Of a stretch of 64,000 nucleotides of DNA, positions 24,642 through 33,225 are shown one piece after another. Numbering within the stretch: the first letter of the stretch is position 1; every line of letters begins with the position of its first letter. Made by a program: the position numbers and the translations under genes. Source of the DNA: Rhodospirillales bacterium (GTDB lineage: Bacteria > Pseudomonadota > Alphaproteobacteria > Bin95). The stretch lies in contig JAYQLI010000035.1 in assembly GCA_038143065.1 (NCBI GenBank), positions 2,304,894-2,368,893 of the forward strand. Reading direction: 5' to 3'. Under the pieces are notes generated by a model. That model saw only the letters and a program-made list of their open reading frames with translations. It did not search any database and was not told the DNA's origin.

Positions 24642-25706
24642 TCAGGAAGTGGATGCGATCCGCCACCCGACTTCTGCCAATTGTCTTGCTTTTGCTCCCC
24701 TTTTCAAAGCATCAGGACTTGATGCATTTCCATCTAGGCCACGTTTGTAGACACCCTGGGCAATTGCACCCAAGCGGAATAGTGATAATGCGAGGTAAAA
24801 GCTCCAATTAGAGGGCGGAGAAATTCCCCGGGCTTTGCAATATGTTTCCACATATTCATTTTCCGTAAGAATACCGTGTTCTTCTAGATCGATATGAGTA
24901 ATGTCACCGCGTTCTGGATCAGCAACGTGATAGTTCAAGCAGTTATATGCTAGATCCGATAATGGATCTCCTAATGTTCCAAGTTCCCAGTCTATTACAG
25001 CAAGTATTTCAGGGCGTTCTGGGTGGAAAATTGTATTTTCCATCCTGTAGTCGCCATGAACTATCGTAGTTTGTTCTGATTCTGGCATGTTTTCGCTAAG
25101 CCAGCGGATTAACTTATCCATCTCGGGAACATCATCAGTTTTGCTGGCCTCATATTGTGTCGACCATCGTTTTACTTGACGGCTGCAGTATCCTCCCTCA
25201 CGGCCATAGGTAGTCAGTTCCTTTTCTCGCCAATTAACTTCGTGTAGCGCAGCCAGCACACGACCCATTTCGGCGTAATGGGCACGCCGATCCGCTGGAC
25301 TCATTCCCGGTAGGGAAAAATCGCGGATAACCCGCCCTTCAACGTGCTCCATAACGTAAAAATCATGGCCTATAATTGCTTCGTCTTCGCATAAAACATA
25401 TGCCTTAGCCACAGGTACATCCGTTTCTGCTAGGGCGGAAATTACTCTAAATTCACGATCAACGGCATGGGCGGATGGAAGAAGTTTCCCCGGGGGTTTT
25501 TTGCGCATAACGTAGCGTTTCCCAAGTCCATCGGTCAGCATGAATGTTGGGTTGGACATTCCACCTCGAAACTGTCCCACTTTTAGTGGCCGGGTAAACC
25601 CCTCTATACGGGCTTCAAGATAATCCTCTAGTTGACTAACAGGAAATGCATGCTGCGCTAATACAGGATCAGTGTCTGCCGTCGATGTGATGGGAGCATT
25701 AGCCAT
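24642..25706 (-). CDS. APH-like phosphotransferase family protein (ACAD10/11 N-terminal type)
   Basis: QFRGGMSNPT, KKPPGKLLPSAHAVDREFR, HGDYRMEN, IDWELGTLGDP. Confidence 0.9.
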   Translation of the reverse strand: MANAPITSTADTDPVLAQHAFPVSQLEDYLEARIEGFTRPLKVGQFRGGMSNPTFMLTDGLGKRYVMRKKPPGKLLPSAHAVDREFRVISALAETDVPVAKAYVLCEDEAIIGHDFYVMEHVEGRVIRDFSLPGMSPADRRAHYAEMGRVLAALHEVNWREKELTTYGREGGYCSRQVKRWSTQYEASKTDDVPEMDKLIRWLSENMPESEQTTIVHGDYRMENTIFHPERPEILAVIDWELGTLGDPLSDLAYNCLNYHVADPERGDITHIDLEEHGILTENEYVETYCKARGISPPSNWSFYLALSLFRLGAIAQGVYKRGLDGNASSPDALKRGAKARQLAEVGWRIASTS

Positions 25707-25765
25707 TAATGATACCTTGTTATCTTAATTGTCATTTTCCTAACCCTCGCAAACAATCGCAAGGG

Positions 25766-26110
25766 TCACTTTTTGCGTGCAAGTTTGTCCAAAAAGATGG
25801 GGTCGCCATGAGGTGTCGCTTCAGCAGCATGAGCCCAGGCGATCTGACGATTGGTCTGTTCCGAAGCTGTTGTTAAACCCTTTGCAACGATGAGTTTTTC
25901 CAGAGCTGTGAGCCAATGCAAATAATAATCATCACCATCCTGTTTTGACCCTGCACCTAGTAATTCTTGAGAAAGCGCCTCCGAGAATTCGGACCATTCG
26001 AAATTACCGCGTTTGTGTAACTCAACAGCAAGAGCAAAAGCTTGCGCCTCCCAAGGAGCTGCAAATTTAGGGCTTTCAGGAAGGTCATTAAGCTTGTTCA
26101 AGATAATCAT
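25766..26110 (-). CDS. Nitrile hydratase accessory/activator protein (P14K-like)
   Basis: FAAPWEAQAFALAV, FEWSEF, YYLHWLTALEKL, TPHG. Directly downstream of the beta subunit. Confidence 0.85.
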   Translation of the reverse strand: MIILNKLNDLPESPKFAAPWEAQAFALAVELHKRGNFEWSEFSEALSQELLGAGSKQDGDDYYLHWLTALEKLIVAKGLTTASEQTNRQIAWAHAAEATPHGDPIFLDKLARKK

Positions 26111-26747
26111 CCCAAAGATCAACATAGGTGCAGGAGTTAGGTTCAGCGTCTTTACCCCATAACTCTTCTCCTTCGAAACGAACTGCATAAAGCCACTGAG
26201 GTTTTTCACTCAGACCCGCTGCATTAGTATCGGGAAATACAAAGACGCCATGTATTCGATCAATTTTTCCTCGGCGACCTCTTACATATCGAGGTAATCG
26301 AGTGTGGTTGGCCGGGTGAATATTTTTGGCTATCACAAGATCTCCTATGCTAAATTTTGCGCTCCCAACTTCTTGTCTTCTTGCTGAACCGCCCTTTTCT
26401 AGGGCAGTTGCTACATCTTCTGCTTTCAATATTCGGGATAATGTTTTCGGCGCATTTCGAGCTTTCTTAGACTTAAGTTCGCTCTGCGAGATTAGCTTTT
26501 CGGTCAAGAAGTAGCGACTCTAACCCATGAAGCCAATGCTCATAATATGTCGTCTCCAGATATTTGCCTGGGCGCATAGTTTCTCGTGCAAAGCGGGCTT
26601 GGTCTATGTTCCATTGACCTGTAAACCCCATGGCAAGGGTAACGGCAAAGCATCTTCTTTCCCACTCTTGGCTGAATAAAGGTTCGTTTGGGTCTGGGTT
26701 TATTGGACCGTGGCCGTGGCTCCCCCAAGATCGTGTGCCCCATTCAT
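26088..26747 (-). CDS. nthB: Nitrile hydratase beta subunit, 2 frameshifts
   Basis: MNGAHDLGG start overlapping the nthA stop, [39 protein letters not shown]. Confidence 0.93.
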
Positions 26748-27352
26748 GCGTTCGACCCCACAAGCCCTGTGCCTATCATCGAGTCTCGCGTTACTATTTC
26801 GGCCAAACGATCCTCGCTCCAATTATTGGTGTCTGAAGGCTGTATGGGTAGCACTAAATATCGGGTCTCGGCTGTCGAGTCCCAAACGCGAACTTCCACA
26901 TCCTCTGAAAGCTCAACGCCAAATTCCTTTAATACTGCGCGAGGCTGCGATACGGCTCTAGCCCGATACGGGGCTGCTTTATACCAGGTTGGAGGTAACC
27001 CAAGTACCGGCCATGGGTAGCAAGAGCAGAGCGTACAGACGACTAAATTATGAATCTTTGTGGTGTTCTCTAGCACGACCATATCTTCGCCTTGCCGACC
27101 AGAATATCCCAAACTGGCTATTGCAGCTGTTGCATCGCTGAGCAGCCATGCTTTGTATTCTGGATCAGTCCAGGCCTTGGCGATTACTCGGGCACCATTT
27201 CTTGGTCCCACCTTGGTCTCGTAGGTTTCAATAAGTTGATCTAGGGCGGCGTGATCCACATAGCCTTTTTCTATTAAAAGAGATTCCAGCGCCCGGACGC
27301 GAAGTTCTGTCTCGCTTAGTTTTGATCCATTATCGTGTCCATCATGCGGCAT
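26744..27352 (-). CDS. nthA: Nitrile hydratase alpha subunit (cobalt type)
   Basis: Metal-binding motif VCTLCSCY (Thr/Tyr indicate Co type), [20 protein letters not shown]. Confidence 0.96.
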   Translation of the reverse strand: MPHDGHDNGSKLSETELRVRALESLLIEKGYVDHAALDQLIETYETKVGPRNGARVIAKAWTDPEYKAWLLSDATAAIASLGYSGRQGEDMVVLENTTKIHNLVVCTLCSCYPWPVLGLPPTWYKAAPYRARAVSQPRAVLKEFGVELSEDVEVRVWDSTAETRYLVLPIQPSDTNNWSEDRLAEIVTRDSMIGTGLVGSNA

Positions 27353-27412
27353 GGTTAGGCTCCTAGCTTAAGAACATCATTAATATCATAAAATGATTGA
27401 AGGGTTTTCACG

Positions 27413-28138
27413 ATGATTGATTTTAGGGGACGTATAGCCCTGGTAACAGGAGGGAGTAGGGGAATTGGTAGGGCGACTGCGCTAGCGCTAGGCAGAGCTG
27501 GAGCTAATGTAGCAATTAATTTTTTGACACAGGAAGATGCAGCCAATCAGGTGGCTTTGGAAATCAAGAAAATCGGCTGTAACGCCAGTATTTTTCAAGG
27601 AGATGTTTCATAATCTCTAGAAGTAGACAGAATGGTTGCTGAGATTACCGGTAAGCTTGGGACGATCGATATTCTTGTTAATAATGCTGGCCAGGCGCGA
27701 AGACTTTCCGTTGATGAGGTAACCGAAGACGATTGGGACCAGACAATGTCCATCAATCTGAAGTCTGTCTTCTTGGTAACCAGGGCGGTTCTGCCTCATA
27801 TGCGTGCTCAAAAATGGGGGCGAATTGTTAACGTATCCTCTGGAGCATCTATGACTGGAGGGTCAGTCGGTATCCATTATTCAGCCTCTAAAGGTGGCGT
27901 TGATGCACTGAGTAGAGCTTATGCGTCCCGACTGGTTAAAGAAGGAATTACGGTTAACATTGTATCACCTTCCCTGATCGATACGGACATGATCCCAGAT
28001 AAGTTAGTAGCTCAAAATATTCCTATGGGTCGCCTTGGTTTGCCGGAAGAGTGTGCAGACGCCATCGTGCAAGCAGCATCCAATGGTTTTATGACAGGTC
28101 AAACAATTTTCCTAAATGGTGGTCGTTACTTTGGTTAA
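27413..28138 (+). CDS. SDR family (FabG-like) oxidoreductase with in-frame TAA at 27611-27613
   Basis: TGGSRGIG, NNAG, YSASK, IPMGRLG. The two ORF pieces are in the same frame (GDVS*SLEVDRMV). Confidence 0.8.
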
Positions 28139-28210
28139 GATTAAAATGAGGCCATTCCAACAACTGGCAGGTCGTGGCATGCTTTCTAAATAAATCAAGG
28201 AGGAACTTTG

Positions 28211-29044
28211 ATGCCTGATAACGCCATTTTCCCCGAGCCCACACCGCTCGAAGCTCACCCCGACTATGAACCAGTTTCTGCTGCTGAGTTGGTAGAGCTC
28301 AATGACCGGCTCAATGTTTGTTTAAAGTTGCGCACCCTGGCTATTGGAATGAAGCAATTTCGTTCTTTAGAGGAAATGAACCAGGTAAAAGGTTTAAGAC
28401 GGCCCATGGAGGGGCGTCGCCACACCATGTGCCAGCTGGTTACTCAGAGCCGCATGGCAGGGTTTACTCTTGGAGTAACTGCGGAGAACGTCCGCCCTAA
28501 TGGTAATTGTGGAGGTGTTCACGGTATCGACCTCCCTGATGAAGGGACACTAGATGGTTCTCATATGACTGGAGTTTGGTTTGAGAATCAGACAGCGGCA
28601 GCAGCGCATCAGGAGCATATGCCGCGTCAGGTATATGGCACCTATGTAGCAACAGTAGTCTCTCCAATTCGGGCAGGGCGATTAGATCCTCCCGACATAG
28701 TTATGTTCTATGGTACCCCAGCCCAGATCATCATTTTCGTTAATGGCCTGCAGAATAAGAGGTATCGCCGTTATGACATGTCCATCACTGGCGAAAGTGC
28801 GTGTGCTGATAGCTGGGGCAAGGCTTTACTAACAAAGGATACCTCTATTTCTATCCCTTGCTTTGCAGAACGCCGTTATGGCGGTGTGGCTGATGATGAG
28901 TTGCTAATTGCAATGCCACCACACGAATTTAAGCGAGGCGTTGAAGGAATGGAGACCTTATCTAAAGTTGGTCTCCGTTACCCTATTCCACCTTATGGAC
29001 CTCATGCAGATCCATCGGAGGGAATGGGAAAATCCTATGGCTAA
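28211..29044 (+). CDS. DUF169 family protein (four spaced Cys, putative metal or Fe-S binding)
   Basis: L-x-L-R-T-x-A-I-G-M-K, HTMCQ, NCG, PDIVMFYGTPAQ, GESAC, SIPCFAERRYG, DDELLIAMP. AGGAGG SD. Confidence 0.75.
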   Translation: MPDNAIFPEPTPLEAHPDYEPVSAAELVELNDRLNVCLKLRTLAIGMKQFRSLEEMNQVKGLRRPMEGRRHTMCQLVTQSRMAGFTLGVTAENVRPNGNCGGVHGIDLPDEGTLDGSHMTGVWFENQTAAAAHQEHMPRQVYGTYVATVVSPIRAGRLDPPDIVMFYGTPAQIIIFVNGLQNKRYRRYDMSITGESACADSWGKALLTKDTSISIPCFAERRYGGVADDELLIAMPPHEFKRGVEGMETLSKVGLRYPIPPYGPHADPSEGMGKSYG

Positions 29045-30040
29045 TACTGCTCGGCCGACCACCCGTCGTTTGCAGCAAATGGTGCGTGCTTACCGTGAAG
29101 CGGGCGCCCTGATGGCTGCAGTGGAGCTCGACCTTTTTACTCATATAGCCAGCGGGGCAGATGATGAGTCATCTCTGACCAAAGCTATGGGACTCCAGCC
29201 GCTTCATGGCGAAAGAATCATCATAGCGATGCTTGGGCTTGGTCTTTTGGAACGAACGGCCGGCAAGCTCACACTTGCTGACGACGTCGAGCGATTTTTA
29301 GTGAAAGGTAAAGCAAGCTATGCCGGCGAGTGGATGCTATTTACCAAACCTGATTGGGACGATTGGGGAAAATTATCGGAAATTTTAAAAGAAAAAGCTC
29401 CTCCGGTATTGGAGAATAAGACTGTTGCGGGGATTACTGTCCAAGAGGCTAGACGCTATCACCGAGGAACATACTCGATTGGACGTGGTGCTGGTCGACT
29501 ATTTCTTAATCAGGTTGATCTCACGGGCAAAAAACTGTTGATGGATATTGGAGGGGGTCGGGCGCCTATTGTATTGAGGCTTGCAAGCGCTACCCGGATC
29601 TCAAGGCTGTTGTCTTAGAAATGCCTGCTGTGGTGCCGGTTACTCAAGAATTTATAGATGAGAGTGGCCTTGCTAATCGAATTGAGGCTCGAGTTTGTGA
29701 TTTCAATCATGATCCTTTCCCTGAGGGAGCAGATATAGCCGTTATGGCATCTAACTTGCCTATGTATGGTCGAGAAGCGATTGGAGCCGTTGTGCACAAG
29801 GCTTATAACGCGATGGCTCCGGGAGGGACATTTCACCTGATTGGCGAAGCTCTAGACGCAAGTCGATCTGGCCCTTCAGACCCTGCCCTTTGGGGGCTGG
29901 CCCAGGCTATTAACAACACTACAGGAATTGCGCACTCAGTTTCTGAAGTTGAGGACTACCTTTCATTAGCTGGCTTCACCAATGTAGAGACAACTCAATT
30001 TGTAGAAGGGATTTTGCAGAGAACTAGTGGACAAAAATAG
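29037..30040 (+). CDS. SAM-dependent O/S-methyltransferase (Methyltransf_2 with N-terminal dimerisation domain), frameshift near 29555
   Basis: ALMAAVELDLFT winged-helix region, MDIGGG(SG) SAM motif, LEMPAVV, CDF, APGG. Overlaps the DUF169 stop. Confidence 0.85.
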
Positions 30041-30061
30041 TCGCTCTCGGTGTCTTTCCAG

Positions 30062-30935
30062 TTAGATATCCCGTTTTGGCAAGGCCCGTCTGTAATCTCT
30101 GCGGCGTTCCCCTACAGCCTTAAGGCTTGCGGCGTTGCTGTCATTTACTCGGTTATAAATAGCTCGCCAGTCAGGGTCTCCAGGCCACTCGAATGGAGCG
30201 CGTTTTATGGTTCCATGCTCAGTTGCTTGCTCTAATAATTGAACAGCTAATCTCGAGATTTCTAGCTGCATTTTGCGATTATAGGGAGCTCCCATGGGGT
30301 TTCCGAGAGGGAAGTCTACAAACAAACAGCGGGCTACGCCGCAATGTTCCACTATATCTTTAGCAGAACCAACAACTACTGTTGGAATGCCGTTTCTTTC
30401 AAGATGGTGTGCAGTCAGACTCACGGTCTGGTGACACACTGGTCATAAAGGTACTAATAGGGCGGCATCGGCATGGTCTGAGATAACGCGAGAAAGAATT
30501 TCGGGCGCATCGTGCTCAATAGTCGTCCTGTGGCTGTACACCGTCGGCACACTATGAAATTTTGCACTTATGCCCTTAATAAGGCCTTCATATTTAAGCG
30601 TTTGTAATGCATTGATGGGGAGGTAGCTCTCTGTCTCTGGTATGAGTACTTTCTTTGTCCCAAGCAAGATTCTCATTGTAAAGCCTCTTTGGCGCGCTAG
30701 AGCCTTCGGTGGCCCCGGACCATACTTCCTTTGGAGGTGCATTCCCGGGTGGTGACCAGTTGCCTGGTGGTGCTGAGGTTACAACTATTGATATCTGAGT
30801 CTCTGTGAGAGAATTTTTTAGATGGGCGAACGGCTGTCCGTCATTACGAGCCCAGCGATAGTCGCGTTCGTATCAGAGAGCCCGGTAGTATTGACGGGTT
30901 CGTTCTATGTATCGAACAGAGGATTGATCATTCAT
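30062..30935 (-). CDS. Glycine/betaine/sarcosine/D-proline reductase component B-like (GrdB/PrdB-like) selenoprotein with UxxC motif
   Basis: In-frame TGA 30443-30445 in DAALLVPL-U-PVCHQTVSL, continuing LERNGIPTV...FVDFPLGNPMGAP. N-terminus MNDQSSVRYIERTRQYYRAL. Also carries a TGA at codon 21 and a frameshift in an AG repeat near 30630. Confidence 0.8.
30407..30439 (-). promoter_or_regulatory. Putative bacterial SECIS element
   Basis: 3 nt after the UGA: GUGUG-u-CA-c-CAGAC[CGUGA]GUCUG-ac-UG-CACAC. Apical loop about 17 nt from the UGA with GU at loop positions 2-3. Confidence 0.7.
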
Positions 30936-31023
30936 CAGAATATAATACTTCAAACAATTGATTTGCTCTAACGAAAATATTTTGCACCCTAGCGTCTAAA
31001 ACTTAATGTTTATATGTGCTTAG

Positions 31024-32296
31024 ATGAGTAAATCATTCCGAAGCTCAGGGATTTGTCCAATTAAATTTCCAGAATCAGATGGTATTCTGCACCTGTATCA
31101 AAAAACGCGTGCAGCAACTTTAGACCTTATATCAGGACTTGGGCCGGAAGATGTAACGCCTCAGTCTATGGAAGATGCCAGCCCGACGAAGTGGCATCTC
31201 GCTCATGTAAGTTGGTTTTTTGAAGAGTTTCTGCTCCGGGCTCATGCTCCTAGTTACAGGGTATTAGATGAAAGGTTTCGCTATCTCTTTAACTCTTACT
31301 ATGTGCAAGCAGGTCCGCGTTACGCGCGACCAGATCGTGGCTTGATAACACGGCCGACGTTGAAAGAAGTTTTGGCTTATCGAGAGCATGTTGATAATGC
31401 GATGACCAATTTCATTAAATCGGGAGATGCGCCACTGGATATAGTCGAACTTGGTTGTCATCACGAAATGCAGCACCAAGAATTAATACTCACCGACTTA
31501 TTGCATCTTCTATCACAAAACCCCCTTAATCCAATTTACAGAGATCAAAAGAAAGTTGATCCAATTACAACACCAGCACCCTCATGGCTGGAGTACGAGG
31601 GTGGCATGGTTGAAATAGGACACTTGGGGACAAAATTTGCTTTTGATTGTGAAGGTCCTCGGCACAGCACATTTCTCCAGCCGTATCGGCTTTCTTCACA
31701 TCTAGTCACTAATGCCGATTGGTTGAGGTTTATAGATGATGGGGGTACCAGGATCCCCGATACTGGTTATCTGATGGCTGGGCAAAAGCCCAACAGGAAT
31801 GCTGGGAAGCTCCCTTATATTGGCGGAGAGATGAAACTTCATGGAACATATTTGGATTATCTGGCGTTCAGCCTTTAAACTTTGATGCCCCCGTTTGTCA
31901 CATAAGCTTCTATGAAGCTGATGCTTATGCTTCTTGGGCAGGTAAACGCTTACCTACTGAAATTGAATGGGAGGCTGCCTCCCCAACAACTATCAAAGGT
32001 AATTTTATGGAAAGTGGCGTGTTGTGTTCTCGGCCGTCCCAAGATAACGGATTAGCCCAAATGTGGGGGGATGTCTGGGAGTGGACCGCCTCTGCGTATA
32101 GACCCTATCCAGGCTTTCGTGCCCCCGAAGGGGCCATTGGCGAATATAATGGAAAATTCATGGCAAATCAGTTTGTTCTGCGGGGGGGTCGGCTCTAACG
32201 CCAGAATTACAAATGCGTACAACCTATCGAAATTTCTTTTATCCATTCCAACGCTGGCAAATGACGGGCCTTCGCCTGGCAGAGGATATAGTGTGA
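31024..32296 (+). CDS. egtB: Ergothioneine biosynthesis sulfoxide synthase, frameshifted (about 31745 and 32185)
   Basis: [47 protein letters not shown] (DinB His triad), FGE-like domain [29 protein letters not shown]. Confidence 0.9.
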
Positions 32297-33225
32297 TGGA
32301 AACATCTTTTGCAAAGGCTCTCTTAACTGGTCTTACAAAGCGTCAAAAAAGCTTAGAGCCTAAATTTTTTTATGATGCGGAGGGTTCTCGACTTTTTGAG
32401 GAGATAACCCAGCTAGAAGCCTATTATCCTACTAGAACGGAGTTGGGTATTCTTGAGGCTAAAGCCAGTGAGATGGCGGCATTTTTAGGAACGGGTACGG
32501 TACTTGTTGAGCCTGGGGCTGGGGCTCCAACTAAGGCGCAAAAACTACTGGCGGCGATGAACAAGCCTTTGGCTTATGCTCCAGGTGATATCTCTATAGA
32601 CCATTTGGAAGAGGCAACGAGACCGTTACAAACTGAATTTCCGCAACTGACGATAACTCCATTTCAATTAGATTTTGACAATGAAATAGCACTTCCGGAA
32701 GTGGTTTCTGCTCTTGGGCCGGTGGCAATATTCTTTCCTGGTTCGACAATTGGAAATTTTTCGCCAGAGGGTGCACGGGGCCTGCTAAGGAGGTTTTGGA
32801 ATATTGAAAATTCTCAGAGCCTGCTAATCGGAGTAGATTTAAAGAAAGATAAAGCGAAGCTGGAACGTGCTTATGATGATCCTGAAGGTGTCACCGCCGC
32901 GTTTAACTTAAATCTTCTAGCTCGTGCTAATCGAGAGCTTTTAACAGATTTTGACCTTTCGAGCTTCCGTCATTTTGCCCGTTACGATGAAACTTTGGGA
33001 CGAGTAGAAATGCATCTTCAAAGCATTTGCAACCAGACAGTCAACGTTCTCGGCGAACCAATACATTTCGCGGAAGGGGAAAGTATTCATACTGAAAATT
33101 CATATAAGTTTAAAATCGCAGATTTTCAGAAAATGGCAGTGGAGTCAGGTTGGTCGCCTGTTCATGTTTGGACTGACCCAAATCATCTTTTTGCTGAATT
33201 GGCGTTTTCGAAAATTAACCCCTGA
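32296..33225 (+). CDS. egtD: L-histidine N-alpha-trimethyltransferase
   Basis: KSLEPKFFYDAEGSRLFEEIT, YYPTRTE, FFPGSTIGNF, AYDDPEGVTAAFNLN, IHTENSYKF. TGATG coupling with egtB. Confidence 0.93.
   Translation: METSFAKALLTGLTKRQKSLEPKFFYDAEGSRLFEEITQLEAYYPTRTELGILEAKASEMAAFLGTGTVLVEPGAGAPTKAQKLLAAMNKPLAYAPGDISIDHLEEATRPLQTEFPQLTITPFQLDFDNEIALPEVVSALGPVAIFFPGSTIGNFSPEGARGLLRRFWNIENSQSLLIGVDLKKDKAKLERAYDDPEGVTAAFNLNLLARANRELLTDFDLSSFRHFARYDETLGRVEMHLQSICNQTVNVLGEPIHFAEGESIHTENSYKFKIADFQKMAVESGWSPVHVWTDPNHLFAELAFSKINP

Noticed and set aside
27611-27613. In-frame stop inside the SDR gene as possible recoding
   Set aside because: It is TAA at a non-catalytic position, so a substitution error or nonsense mutation is the simpler explanation.
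31024-32296. EgtB as selenoneine synthase SenA because of the neighbouring selenoprotein
   Set aside because: No SenB glycosyltransferase or SelD/SenC is adjacent, and the motifs ([13 protein letters not shown], coupling to egtD) fit ordinary EgtB.
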